DNA of 64,000 nucleotides from Candidatus Latescibacterota bacterium (GTDB lineage Bacteria; Latescibacterota; UBA2968; UBA8231): the NCBI GenBank assembly GCA_965204725.1, contig OZ242005.1:704001-768000 (forward strand). The letters are read 5' to 3'. The notes under the pieces were generated by a model. It did not search any database, was not told where the DNA came from, and saw nothing but the letters and a program-made list of their open reading frames with translations. Below, piece after piece: positions 28,010 to 37,947 of this stretch; the stretch's first letter is position 1, and the number at the start of each line of letters is the position of its first letter. The position numbers were made by a program, and so were the translations under genes.

Positions 28010-31000
28010 ATGGCCCGTATCTTGCCCCTCGTCATTTTGCTTGGGTTTGCCTCCCTAGCCGAAGCCAGCGTCGTCATCAGCGAAGTGCTCGCTGATCCGC
28101 CTTCAGGGGCGGCTGGCGACGCCAACCAAGATGGCCTGCGCCACACCTATCAGGACGAATTCATCGAACTATACAACGCCGGTTCAGCATCCGTCGATAT
28201 AAGCAACTGGCGGCTGGGCGACAGCGGGTCGCTGAACACCCACTTCCAATTCCCGTCTGGCGCAGTGATCGCCCCCGGCTCGTACGTCGTCCTCTTCGGC
28301 GGCGGTACGCCAGCGGGATTCACCGTCCCCGTCTATACCGATGGCGGGCGCATTGGCGACGGACTGAAAAACAGCGGCGAGAAAATCAGCCTGACCGACG
28401 CCAACGGCACGGAGGTCGCCAGCGTCTCGCACGACACTTGGCCCAAAGACCAGTCTATCGTCCGCAATCCACCCGGCAGCGGAGCGTTTGAACCCCACAA
28501 AACGGTCTCGTCAACTAGGGCACCCTTTTCGCCCGGCCGCGCCGTCAATGACTCGCCGCCTGAACCACCTGCCGAACCACCTGCCGAACCACCTGCCGAA
28601 CCACCTGCCGAACCACCTGCCGAACCGCCTGCCGAACCACCAACCGAACCCCAGACCCCCAGACCGGACTATCTCCTCTTCATCAGCGAAGTGCTCGCCG
28701 ATCCGCCTTTGGGGGCGGCTGGCGACGCCAATCAAGACGGCCAGCGCCACACCTCTCAAGACGAATTCGTCGAACTCTACAACGCCGGTTCAAATCCCAT
28801 CGACCTAAGCGGCTGGCGGTTGGGCGACAGCAATCAGCCGAACACCCACTTCCAATTTCCGTCCGGCGCGGTGATCGCCCCCGGCTCGTACGTCGTCCTC
28901 TTCGGCGGCGGCACACCAACGGGATTCGAGGTCCCCGTCTATACTGACGACGGAAAAATCGGCAACGGATTGACCAACAGCGGCGAGAAAGTTAGCCTGA
29001 CCGCCGCCAACGGCACGGAGATCGCCATCGTCTCGCACGACGATTGGCCCAAGAAGCAATCCCTCGTCCGCCATCCTCTCGACGGCGACGCGCTGGTCCC
29101 GCACAAAACCGCCTCAACGGTCAAGGCCCTCTTCTCGCCCGGGCGCACGCACATCATCCCCAAACCAGACTATCCCCTCTTCATCAGCGAGGTGCTCGCC
29201 GATCCGCCTTCGGGAGCGGCCGGCGACGCCAATAGAGACGGTCAGCGCGACTCCTATCAAGACGAATTCATCGAACTATACAACGCCGGGGCGGTTGCCA
29301 TCTCCTTGGCTGGCTGGCGGCTGGGCGACAGCAAGCCGCTGAACACCCACTTCCAATTCCCGCCCGGCGCGGCAATCGCCGGACATTCGTACGTCGTCCT
29401 CTTTGGCGGCGGCACGCCAACGGGATTCACGACCCCCGTCTATACCGACGACGGGCGCATTGGCAACGGCCTGACCAACAAGGGCGAGAAAATCAGCCTG
29501 ACCGACGTCAACGGCCACGAGATCGCCATTGTCTCGCACGACGATTGGCCCAAAGACCAGTCCTTCGTCCGCATCCCATCGGCGGGCGGCGCGCTGATCC
29601 CGCACAAAACCGCCTCGCCGACCGGAGCACCCTTCTCGCCCGGACACGCCGCGGACACGCGGCCGGTCATCACCTATCCCCTCTTCATCAGCGAGGTACT
29701 CGCCGATCCGCCTTCAGGAGCGGCCGGCGACGCCAATCGAGACGGCCGGCACGACCCCTACGAAGACGAGTTCATCGAACTATACAACGCCGGGCCCGTG
29801 CCCATCGCCCTCGCTGGCTGGCGGTTGGGCGACGCGGGGACGCTCAGCGATTACTTTCGCTTTCCGCGCAACGCCGTCATGGCCCCGCGCTCGTACCTCG
29901 TCCTCTTTGGCGGCGGCAAGCCCTCGGGGTTCACCATCCCCGTCTATACTGACGACGGACGCATTGGCAACGGCCTGCGAAACAGCGGCGAGTCGATCCA
30001 CCTAATCAACGATCACGGCCATGAGGCCGCGTCCCTCTTCCAATCCACTTGGCCCGCCGCCCAATCCCTCACCCGCGTCCCAGTCGCAGGGGGTACGCTA
30101 GTCCCGCACAAAACCGCCTCGCCGACCGAGGCTCCCTTCTCGCCCGGACACGCCCCCGCAATGCGGCCGGTCATCGCTCATGCCCTCTTCATCAGCGAGG
30201 TGCTCACCGACCCGCCTGAGAGACCGGCCGGCGACGCCAATCGAGACGGGCGGCACGATCCCTACGAAGACGAGTTCATCGAACTATACAACGCCGGGCC
30301 CGTGCCCATCGCCCTCGCCGGTTGGCGGTTGGGCGACGCGGGGACGCTCAACGATTACTTCCGCTTTCCGCGCAACGCCGTCATGGCCCCGCGCTCGTAC
30401 CTCGTCCTCTTTGGCGGCGGCAAGCCCTCGGGATTCACCATCCCCGTCTATACCGACGACGGGCGCATTGGCAACGGCCTGCAAAACAGCCGCGAGTCGA
30501 TTCACCTAATCGACGATCGCGGCGATGAGGTCGCGTCCATCTTTCAATCCACTTGGCCCGCTGCCCAATCCCTCACCCGCGTCCCAGCGGCGGGCGGCGC
30601 ATTAGTCCCGCACAAAACCGCCTCGCCCATCAGGGCACCCTTCTCGCCCGGACAAGCCCCAGAAACCCAGACTAAACCCACAAAGCCCAAACCGCCGCCC
30701 ATCCCCAAACCGATCTACGCCCTCTTCATCAGCGAGGTGCTCGCCGACCCGCCCGGCGACGCCAATCGAGACGGCCGGCACGACCCCTACGAGGACGAAT
30801 TCGTCGAACTATACAACGCCGGTCCAACCCCGGTCGATATAGGCGGCTGGCGGTTGGGCGACGCGGCCTCCCTCTTGTCTTACTTCCACTTCCCGGCCGG
30901 CGCGGTGATCGCCCCCGGCTCGTACGTCGTCCTCTTTGGCGGCGGCAGCCCGTCGGGATTCACCGTCCCCGTCTATACCGACGACGGACGCATCGGCAAC

Positions 31001-31489
31001 GGCCTGCAAAACAGCGGCGAAGCCATTCACCTGATCGACGCCACCGGCGATCTAATCGCCAGCCTCTCCCTGCCCACTTGGCCCGCCCGCCAGTCTATCG
31101 CCCGCCACCCACCCGACGGCGGCGCGTTGGTCCCGCACAAAACCGCCTCGCCGACCAGGGCACCCTTCTCGCCCGGACGAGCCAGCGAGCCAGCGGCCAA
31201 AACGCCCGGCCCGGCCTACTCCCTCCAAGTTTGGCCCAACCCCTTCAACGCAACCGCCCACCTCGGCTTCCACCTCAGCCAAGCCGCGACCATCCGCTTG
31301 GCGATCTACAATGTCCAAGGCCAACTCGTGCGCATACTGGTAGATGAGCCGCTCCACGCGGGCGTCCACCGGACGCTCTGGGATGGCCGCGACGAACTCG
31401 GCTATGCCGTGGGCACCGGCCCGTACTTCGCCCGCTTCCGCATCGCGCACCACGCCCCGCACTACGCCAAGCTCGTCCTCCTCCGCTAG
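28010..31489 (+). CDS. Secreted protein with six lamin-tail (LTD) domains and FlgD-Ig/T9SS-like CTD
   Basis: Six ISEVL.DPP...DAN.DG....DEF.ELYN...L.NSGE units; PNPFN...WDGRD...K.VLLR. Confidence 0.88.
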   Translation: MARILPLVILLGFASLAEASVVISEVLADPPSGAAGDANQDGLRHTYQDEFIELYNAGSASVDISNWRLGDSGSLNTHFQFPSGAVIAPGSYVVLFGGGTPAGFTVPVYTDGGRIGDGLKNSGEKISLTDANGTEVASVSHDTWPKDQSIVRNPPGSGAFEPHKTVSSTRAPFSPGRAVNDSPPEPPAEPPAEPPAEPPAEPPAEPPAEPPTEPQTPRPDYLLFISEVLADPPLGAAGDANQDGQRHTSQDEFVELYNAGSNPIDLSGWRLGDSNQPNTHFQFPSGAVIAPGSYVVLFGGGTPTGFEVPVYTDDGKIGNGLTNSGEKVSLTAANGTEIAIVSHDDWPKKQSLVRHPLDGDALVPHKTASTVKALFSPGRTHIIPKPDYPLFISEVLADPPSGAAGDANRDGQRDSYQDEFIELYNAGAVAISLAGWRLGDSKPLNTHFQFPPGAAIAGHSYVVLFGGGTPTGFTTPVYTDDGRIGNGLTNKGEKISLTDVNGHEIAIVSHDDWPKDQSFVRIPSAGGALIPHKTASPTGAPFSPGHAADTRPVITYPLFISEVLADPPSGAAGDANRDGRHDPYEDEFIELYNAGPVPIALAGWRLGDAGTLSDYFRFPRNAVMAPRSYLVLFGGGKPSGFTIPVYTDDGRIGNGLRNSGESIHLINDHGHEAASLFQSTWPAAQSLTRVPVAGGTLVPHKTASPTEAPFSPGHAPAMRPVIAHALFISEVLTDPPERPAGDANRDGRHDPYEDEFIELYNAGPVPIALAGWRLGDAGTLNDYFRFPRNAVMAPRSYLVLFGGGKPSGFTIPVYTDDGRIGNGLQNSRESIHLIDDRGDEVASIFQSTWPAAQSLTRVPAAGGALVPHKTASPIRAPFSPGQAPETQTKPTKPKPPPIPKPIYALFISEVLADPPGDANRDGRHDPYEDEFVELYNAGPTPVDIGGWRLGDAASLLSYFHFPAGAVIAPGSYVVLFGGGSPSGFTVPVYTDDGRIGNGLQNSGEAIHLIDATGDLIASLSLPTWPARQSIARHPPDGGALVPHKTASPTRAPFSPGRASEPAAKTPGPAYSLQVWPNPFNATAHLGFHLSQAATIRLAIYNVQGQLVRILVDEPLHAGVHRTLWDGRDELGYAVGTGPYFARFRIAHHAPHYAKLVLLR
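28562..28648 (+). repeat. 12 bp tandem repeat encoding an (EPPA)n linker
   Basis: GAACCACCTGCC about 7 times. Confidence 0.9.
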
Positions 31490-31582
31490 CCCTTATCGCT
31501 AACTATTGTCCAAGAGGTTGATGAGAGCTTAGAGAATGGGTAACATTCTTCCCGTAAGTTTCGTCAATCAGGAGGTCGTCTA

Positions 31583-31636
31583 ATGCCTAAGAAAATACTT
31601 CGAGAAAGGTCTCTCGTTCGCGAAGGTCATGCGTAG
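31583..31636 (+). pseudogene. 17-codon mini-ORF coupled to the methyltransferase (possible deleted partner gene)
   Basis: GGAGG RBS, MPKKILRERSLVREGHA*, TAGTG stop/start overlap. Confidence 0.4.
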
Positions 31637-32634
31637 TGAACTGGCGACACGATCAAATGCTGCTATTCGACTCCGAAGCGACGACGCCCCTAGTGCAGAA
31701 CAGGAAGGCAGAGTTTCTGGTCGCCCTCAAAAGCACTGGCAAACTTGACTACAAGAGGTATCTGGGTTCGCCACTTCGATATGCAGGCGGCAAGAGCCTT
31801 GCAGTCGGGTACGTCGTAGAACGCCTGCCGGAAGGGTTGGAGCGGCTCGTTTCGCCGTTCATCGGCGGGGGATCTGTGGAAGTTGCCTGCGCCCGCGAGT
31901 TGGGCATGGAGGTGGTGGCATACGACGTGTTCGACATCCTCTGCAACTATTGGCGCGTACAACTGCGGAACGCCAACGCCCTCTACCAGCGGTTGCAGAA
32001 GTTCAAACCCAACCGTCAAACGTTCACCCGCGTGAAACGCCGCCTATCGGCGCATTGGCAGGAGGACGACCGTCTGGACCGCTACGATCTCGCCGCGCAC
32101 TACTACTTCAACTCCAATACGTCGTACGGTCCGCACTTTCTCGGGTGGCCTTCCGACATTTACCTAAATGCCAAGCGCTATCAGACCATGATCGAGAAAG
32201 TGCGCGACTTTCGGGCAGCAACGCTTTCCGTTCAGTGCTTCAGCTTTGAGGAAGCGATCAAACGCCATCTGAACGACTTTCTCTACTGTGATCCACCGTA
32301 CTATCTGGAAGAGGGAAAGACCTTTGTCGGCATGTATCCGCACCGGAACTTCCCGATTCACCACAAGGGGTTCCGGCACGATCTGCTGCGCGACCTTCTC
32401 CTGTCTCACAAGGGCGGCTTCGTGCTCTCCTACAACGACTGCGATACAATTCGGCAATGGTACTCCGACTGCGAAATGACGACCCCTACATGGCAGTACA
32501 CATTCGGGCAGGGAGATACGCGGATCGGCGTAAACCGGGAAAAGCTCAACGGAGGGTCGCACGTCAAGGCATCGCACGAACTGTTGATCTGGAGACATCC
32601 GCGAGACTTGGGGGCGTCAGGTCAGTTTTGGTAG
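31636..32634 (+). CDS. D12-class (Dam-like) N6-adenine DNA methyltransferase, orphan
   Basis: SPLRYAGGKS, SPFIGGGS, DFLYCDPPY, LSYND, ELLI. Confidence 0.92.
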   Translation: MNWRHDQMLLFDSEATTPLVQNRKAEFLVALKSTGKLDYKRYLGSPLRYAGGKSLAVGYVVERLPEGLERLVSPFIGGGSVEVACARELGMEVVAYDVFDILCNYWRVQLRNANALYQRLQKFKPNRQTFTRVKRRLSAHWQEDDRLDRYDLAAHYYFNSNTSYGPHFLGWPSDIYLNAKRYQTMIEKVRDFRAATLSVQCFSFEEAIKRHLNDFLYCDPPYYLEEGKTFVGMYPHRNFPIHHKGFRHDLLRDLLLSHKGGFVLSYNDCDTIRQWYSDCEMTTPTWQYTFGQGDTRIGVNREKLNGGSHVKASHELLIWRHPRDLGASGQFW

Positions 32635-33080
32635 GCGTGCTTAAACTCGTGCAATAAGGCCCGCATCTTTTCCACCTGCTCCAAATCCACCGTCTGCTTA
32701 CACTGCATAGCTCCTCGGAGCATCTTGTGCAAAAGCACCAACTTGCCGGTGTATGCGGCCACCGCCTCGGCTCCTTCTTCCACTTCCTTGAGCCGCTGGG
32801 TCATAAAATACTGGGCGACGACGTGCTGGATTTTGTTGGCGTGCTCTTCCTTGTTGGCGACCCACCGCGCTAGCTGGTTCGCGCTTTGGGCGTCGGTCTG
32901 GCCCGCCAGCGCAGCGATCTGCACCATGGACTTCTCAATGGTGGTGAGGTCTTCCTCAATCGCGGCAAAACGCGCATCGTCCCCATACACGCCGCAGGGA
33001 ATCTCGCAGTGCGCCAACAGCGGCGCGGCCGCAGCCAAAAGACTAAAGGCGATCGGGAGCAGCAATTTTCTACTCTTCAC
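32622..33080 (-). CDS. sodN: Nickel superoxide dismutase with signal peptide
   Basis: Ni-hook HCEIPCGVY directly after a hydrophobic leader; KEEHA; AAGGAGG before GTG at 33080. Confidence 0.92.
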   Translation of the reverse strand: MKSRKLLLPIAFSLLAAAAPLLAHCEIPCGVYGDDARFAAIEEDLTTIEKSMVQIAALAGQTDAQSANQLARWVANKEEHANKIQHVVAQYFMTQRLKEVEEGAEAVAAYTGKLVLLHKMLRGAMQCKQTVDLEQVEKMRALLHEFKHAYQN

Positions 33081-33163
33081 AAGGGCCTCCTTGGCAAAAT
33101 GGTCCGTGAATGTCGGCAAGGCATTATAGGGCGATTTCGACGGCCGGGCAATTTCGACCGGCT

Positions 33164-34261
33164 CTAATCGCGCCAAGTGCGCGAGTCTGCGCGGATGAGC
33201 CAGCGGTTGATCGCGCCGTCCGCGTCCAAATCGGTGATTTCCTCTAGCTGCGCCTCAAACTGGTGGTCGGTCACTTGGAGGACCGGCGGCCAGCGAAAGT
33301 GCTGCAAGACCCGCGCCGCCATGCCGAGCGAGTCTAAGCTGGACGCATAGCGACCGTGGGCGCGGCGAAAATTCTGTTGGCGATAGTAAATTCCGCGCAA
33401 GACGCGCTTGGCCTCCTCGGCCACGGCCGGACGAAAGGGCACCTTTTGCCGCCCGACGACCTCGGCGGCAAACTGCACGAACCCCCACTTTTCTGGGTAG
33501 TGCATGTCAATCAGCCCTTGCGGCGACCAGACCCAGTTGTCTGGGCTGCGGCCCTCTATCTTGACGTACTTACCTACATCGTCGGCCAAGGCCCATTGCA
33601 CCCGCGAAAAATTGATCCGCCATTGATCGCCGTCCATCGGCGGCACCTTTTTGTTCGTGGCCTCGGCCAGTACGGCCCACGGCAAGGCCATTTCCACCGA
33701 CCAACCTTGGTCCTCGTCGCTGGGGTCGTTGATGCTGCCCCACACGCGCACGGCCGTTTGCAGGCCGGCGATGTCCCAAGCCCCTATAAAGGGACCGCCG
33801 TCGCGGTAGGGCTTGACCATCAACAAATCCCACTCCGTGCCGAGGGCATTGATCTCAAACTCGTAGTACTGATGCGTATCGCCGTCGGGGTCGATAAAGA
33901 CCTCGAAGTCGTTTTCTTGGTATATCGTCGCATCGCGCCGGGCGATGGTAGCCCACACGTGGGGCTCCTCCAAGTCAGCGGCTATATACAAATAGTCGTC
34001 GTCCCACAGCATCTTGGCCCGCGTCAGCAGGCGCGGCGCAGGCCGACGCTCGCCCTCAATATCGACAAAAGGCGCGGTCCAATCCGCCCGCTGCCAAGAC
34101 GGCTCGTCGAGGTTGCCGTCAATGTCGATGGCCCCGGCCGTGCGATGCGCCACATAGGTCCGCGGCTCAATGCTTTCTACGTAGTCGATGTCAAAGCGCG
34201 GTTGCCCCTCGGCGGCAGGGGCCATCAACAAGGCCGCGCCCAACAAAGCCCAGTGCAACAT
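33164..34261 (-). CDS. Secreted CBM9-like (DOMON) sugar-binding domain protein
   Basis: IDGNLDE..W, LWDD.YLY, NDFEVFIDPDGD...YYEFEINA, WRINFSRV, NWVWSPQG. Confidence 0.85.
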   Translation of the reverse strand: MLHWALLGAALLMAPAAEGQPRFDIDYVESIEPRTYVAHRTAGAIDIDGNLDEPSWQRADWTAPFVDIEGERRPAPRLLTRAKMLWDDDYLYIAADLEEPHVWATIARRDATIYQENDFEVFIDPDGDTHQYYEFEINALGTEWDLLMVKPYRDGGPFIGAWDIAGLQTAVRVWGSINDPSDEDQGWSVEMALPWAVLAEATNKKVPPMDGDQWRINFSRVQWALADDVGKYVKIEGRSPDNWVWSPQGLIDMHYPEKWGFVQFAAEVVGRQKVPFRPAVAEEAKRVLRGIYYRQQNFRRAHGRYASSLDSLGMAARVLQHFRWPPVLQVTDHQFEAQLEEITDLDADGAINRWLIRADSRTWRD

Positions 34262-34350
34262 GTCTCCTCCTTTGCATTGCCTCAATATACAACTTTGCGC
34301 TACCTTTTGACGCCACCGCATTGACAACTCACCCTAAACAGGCACACGCC

Positions 34351-34674
34351 ATGACCGACAAAATGGCCCTCTACAAGAGCGGCATGACCAAATTCGCCCA
34401 GCAAGACTTTGCCGAGGCCCTAGACGATCTCGCCCAAGCCATCGCCCTCGACCCGCAATTTGCCGATGCCTACCAAGCCATGGCGCATTGCCACGAGAAG
34501 CTGGGCGACCTCGATCAAGCGCTCAGCGCGGCGCAAAAGGCCGCCGAGCACCATCCCGACGACTTCCTCGTCCACACCAGCCTCTCCATGTTCTACCAGC
34601 GCAAAGGCATGATCGCCGAGGCCGAAAGAGAAAAGGCCATCGCAGCCAAGCTGCAAATGGAAAACCCCCGGTAA
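34351..34674 (+). CDS. Small tetratricopeptide-repeat protein
   Basis: AIALDPQFADAY; HTSLSMFYQRKGMI.EAE. Confidence 0.8.
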   Translation: MTDKMALYKSGMTKFAQQDFAEALDDLAQAIALDPQFADAYQAMAHCHEKLGDLDQALSAAQKAAEHHPDDFLVHTSLSMFYQRKGMIAEAEREKAIAAKLQMENPR

Positions 34675-34678
34675 GCTC

Positions 34679-35716
34679 GTGCAACTCGGCCCGCACCAAG
34701 TCAGCCCCTTGCGGGAAGACATGCCCATCCTCACTCTAGCGCCGATGGCCGGGGTGAGCAACTGGGTTTTCCGCCTGATATGCGCCCGCCTCGGCGCTCG
34801 GCTGGTCGGGGTCGAATTTATCAACTGCCGCGCCATCGGCATCCGCTCGCGCAAGAGCCTCCAGATGCTCGACTTTTCCGACGCGCAAATCTATGCCGAC
34901 ACCGGCATCTCGCTGCTGGCCGCGCAAATCTACGGCAACGACATCGACCTCATCGCCAATGGGGCGCGGGAGTTTGAGCGGCGCGGGGCGCAGGTGGTGG
35001 ATATCAACTTCGGGTGTTCCGTACCCAAGATCGTCGCCAAAGGCTGCGGCGCAGCGTATTTGCGCGATCTCGACCGGCTCTACCAAGCCGTTGAACGCAC
35101 CGTCAAAGCCGTGTCGGTTCCGGTCATCGTCAAGACGCGCCTCGGCTGGGACGAGGATCAGATCAACATCCTCGAAGTGGTGCGCCGCTGCGAGGACGCC
35201 GGCGCCCAAGCCGTGGCCATCCACGCCCGCACGGTCGTACAAAAATACAAGGGCCGCGCCAACTGGCACTGGATCGGCCGCGCGGTCGCAGCCTCCGCGC
35301 TGCCCATCATCGGCAACGGCGATGTGCTCACCCTTAGCGACGCCCGCCTCATGCAGCGGGAAACAGGCTGTGCTGCGGTCATGGTCGGGCGGGCGGCCTT
35401 GGCCAATCCTTGGCTCTTTTCTGGCCGCAGCGGCGCGACCCTCGCCGAGCGCATCCACTTGGCGCTGGAGCAGCTGCGCCTGATGGCCGCGTACAAAGGC
35501 GAGCGCGCCGGCGTCCGCGAGACGCGCAAGCACCTCGCGCTCTACTTCAAGAGCCTGCCCCGCGCCTCCGCGCTGCGCCGCCGCCTGCTGACGACCGCTT
35601 CTCTGGCCGAGTTGGCCGAGCTCCTCGCCGCGTGGCAAGAGCCCGCCGAAGCCGAAGCCGATCTCACCTTGTCGGCCGCCGAAGCCGAAGCCCTCGCATG
35701 GGGCGGGAACGGGTAG
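34679..35716 (+). CDS. dusB: tRNA-dihydrouridine synthase (DusB-like)
   Basis: LAPMAGV, DINFGC, VK.RLGWD, HART, GNGDV, MVGRA. Confidence 0.88.
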   Translation: MQLGPHQVSPLREDMPILTLAPMAGVSNWVFRLICARLGARLVGVEFINCRAIGIRSRKSLQMLDFSDAQIYADTGISLLAAQIYGNDIDLIANGAREFERRGAQVVDINFGCSVPKIVAKGCGAAYLRDLDRLYQAVERTVKAVSVPVIVKTRLGWDEDQINILEVVRRCEDAGAQAVAIHARTVVQKYKGRANWHWIGRAVAASALPIIGNGDVLTLSDARLMQRETGCAAVMVGRAALANPWLFSGRSGATLAERIHLALEQLRLMAAYKGERAGVRETRKHLALYFKSLPRASALRRRLLTTASLAELAELLAAWQEPAEAEADLTLSAAEAEALAWGGNG

Positions 35717-35763
35717 TGCTACAACTTCGCGTCCATTTCACTGGCATCCCTGATTGAATCGCA

Positions 35764-36105
35764 CTACTCGCTAATCCTGCTTTCGTCGTTGCCCTCGTCC
35801 GAGAAGTTCGTTATTGCGACTTCGCCTGCTGGGAACTCGGCGACGATCTTCAGCCGTCCGCCCAATGCTTCAATGTAGGAGCGAAGGGTCGAGACGTACA
35901 TATCCGTCCGCCGTTCCATCTTGGCGATGGCAGGTTGGTTCACCGCCAAGGTTTCGCCCAGCGCCTTTTGGGTCATAACCTGTGCCTGCCGTAGCTCGTG
36001 CAGCGGCATGGCGGCCCGCAATTCGGCCTTTTTCGCCTCAATGCGCTCGCGGCGCTCCGGCGTTAAGTCTTTGGTCAACTCACGAAAGGGACGGCGACCG
36101 CTCAT
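35764..36105 (-). CDS. XRE HTH antitoxin (HigA-like)
   Basis: L.ELR....TQ..L...L.V.Q..IAKMERR.DMYVSTLRSYIEALGG.L. Confidence 0.88.
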   Translation of the reverse strand: MSGRRPFRELTKDLTPERRERIEAKKAELRAAMPLHELRQAQVMTQKALGETLAVNQPAIAKMERRTDMYVSTLRSYIEALGGRLKIVAEFPAGEVAITNFSDEGNDESRISE

Positions 36106-36464
36106 GGGATTAATCCTTCCTTTTGCAAAGTTTTGAGATGCTCATCGTACAGTTTGTCAGCCATCGGCACGTACTGGTCGTAAAACCGATCGTTGCCTGT
36201 CTTGTCACCCCCAATCAACAGGATCGCTACTCGTCGCGGATCAAAGGCATAGAAGACGCGAATTGGCCGACCGCTGCTTTGTACCCTAAGCTCGCGCAGA
36301 TGTCCGTGGCGTGAACTCTGCATACCCGATGAATAGGGATACGGTAGGTGAGGGCCGTGCTCTAGGAGCAACTCAACCGTGGCGATAATGTCGTCCTGTT
36401 CGCTCTCTGAAAGCCCATCCCACCATTCGCCAAATTCGTCCGTATATTCAGCCTGCCAAGTCAT
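36102..36464 (-). CDS. RelE/ParE-family (Gp49-like, HigB) toxin
   Basis: W..EYTDEF.EWW, GP.L..P, LRELRVQ, YAFDP.R.AILLIGGDKTG. Confidence 0.9.
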   Translation of the reverse strand: MTWQAEYTDEFGEWWDGLSESEQDDIIATVELLLEHGPHLPYPYSSGMQSSRHGHLRELRVQSSGRPIRVFYAFDPRRVAILLIGGDKTGNDRFYDQYVPMADKLYDEHLKTLQKEGLIP

Positions 36465-36478
36465 GCTGACAATCAATA

Positions 36479-36496
36479 TATTCCATTAAAGGAATA
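36479..36496. promoter_or_regulatory. Palindromic operator overlapping the toxin-antitoxin promoter
   Basis: TATTCC-N6-GGAATA immediately upstream of the toxin. Confidence 0.55.
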
Positions 36497-36627
36497 CAAG
36501 CAACGAGACGCATCTGTATTCTAACGCTATCCCGGCTTGACCTGTGTGATATGGAAACTACCTTCGATCGCTTGAATGTCTGCCCGCTTTGCGGTCGCAA
36601 CGCAACAACGTAAATCGCGAGTGCCCT

Positions 36628-37848
36628 ATGAAAATCAAATCTATCGACCTCGTCCGCGTCGAGCGGCCCGACGGCCCTTCGCTCCGCGGCCGTTCCCAAG
36701 CCGGCTCGACGCTCTCCGCTTCAGCCGCGCCCGCCCAGCAGAGCCAATCCCGCCGCAAGGCTTGGCCGACCGAAATCGAAGTGGCTAACCCTATGTCGCG
36801 CTTTCCGCGCTTCAAGCCGCGGCGTCAGCTTTACGCCGCCCGGCAATGGCCCGGCTTTGCGGTCAAAGTAACAGCCGAGGACGGCACTTGGGGCTTGGGC
36901 ACGACGGCGGGCCGGCCGGTCGCAGCCGTGATCGAAGACGCCTTCGCCCATATCCTCATCGGCGAGGACTGCCTAGCCATTGACAAGCTGTGGGACCTGA
37001 TGTTCCGCGTCTCCAAACCCTTCGGCACCGTCGGCATCGCCACCGTCGCCATCAGCGCCGTGGACTTGGCCCTGTGGGATCTGGCCGGCAAGCTGCAACA
37101 AAAGCCTGTGTACCAGCTCATCGGCGGCCCGGCGCGGGAGCGCATTTTTACCTACGCCACGGGCGACGACGTCGATTGGTACCGCGAGTTGGGCTTCAAA
37201 GCCTTCAAACTCCCCTGCCAATACGGCCCGGCCGATGGCCTGTGGGGCCTCGACCAAAACGAGCGGCGGGTAGCCGAAGTCCGCGCCTTGATCGGCTCCG
37301 ACTGCGAGCTCATGCTCGACTGCTACATGGCCTTTGACGTCGAATACAGCGTCCGCCTAGCCGAGCGTCTCCGACCCTACAAGTTGCGCTGGCTGGAGGA
37401 GTGTTTGATCCCCGAAGACGTCAAAGGGCACCTCAAACTCAAAGAACGCCTGCCGTGGCAAACGCTGGCCAGCGGCGAGCACTTCTACACGCCCTATCCC
37501 TACCAACCGCTCATTGAGCACCGCGCCCTCGACGTGCTACAACCCGATATTCACTGGGTCGGTGGGCTGACCGCCTGTATCAAGATCTGCCGTCTAGCCG
37601 AGGCCGCTGGCCTTGAAGTCTGCCTCCACGGCGGCGGGCGCGACCCGTACGGCCAGCACTTGACCTGGGCCATGCCCAATACGCCTTGGGGCGAATACTA
37701 CATCGGCTCAGACCCGGGGATTCCGCTGGAGGAAGTAGCCGAGCCGGGGGCGCTGGTGCCCCAAGACAGCTATCTGGAATTTGTGCCGTGCGGACCGGGA
37801 TTCGATCTAGGAATCGAGGAGGATTGGCTGGTGCCGTTCCGGGCCTAG
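36628..37848 (+). CDS. Mandelate racemase/enolase-superfamily dehydratase (L-rhamnonate dehydratase-like)
   Basis: ANPMS, AISAVDLALWDL, YATG, LMLDCYM, WLEE, GEH, QPDI.W.GG. Confidence 0.82.
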   Translation: MKIKSIDLVRVERPDGPSLRGRSQAGSTLSASAAPAQQSQSRRKAWPTEIEVANPMSRFPRFKPRRQLYAARQWPGFAVKVTAEDGTWGLGTTAGRPVAAVIEDAFAHILIGEDCLAIDKLWDLMFRVSKPFGTVGIATVAISAVDLALWDLAGKLQQKPVYQLIGGPARERIFTYATGDDVDWYRELGFKAFKLPCQYGPADGLWGLDQNERRVAEVRALIGSDCELMLDCYMAFDVEYSVRLAERLRPYKLRWLEECLIPEDVKGHLKLKERLPWQTLASGEHFYTPYPYQPLIEHRALDVLQPDIHWVGGLTACIKICRLAEAAGLEVCLHGGGRDPYGQHLTWAMPNTPWGEYYIGSDPGIPLEEVAEPGALVPQDSYLEFVPCGPGFDLGIEEDWLVPFRA

Positions 37849-37947
37849 GCCGCTTATGGGCTGCGTTTGGGCAATTGATTGCTTACCATTATTTTATTGC
37901 GAGCCTAATAAGCGGCCCTCGTTTGCGTCCTACGGAAAAGAGCCATC

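Noticed and set aside
33356-34324. Long antisense or alternate-frame ORFs (also 34736-35638, 52384-53343, 59243-60094)
   Set aside because: Typical shadow ORFs of GC-rich genes with no recognisable motifs
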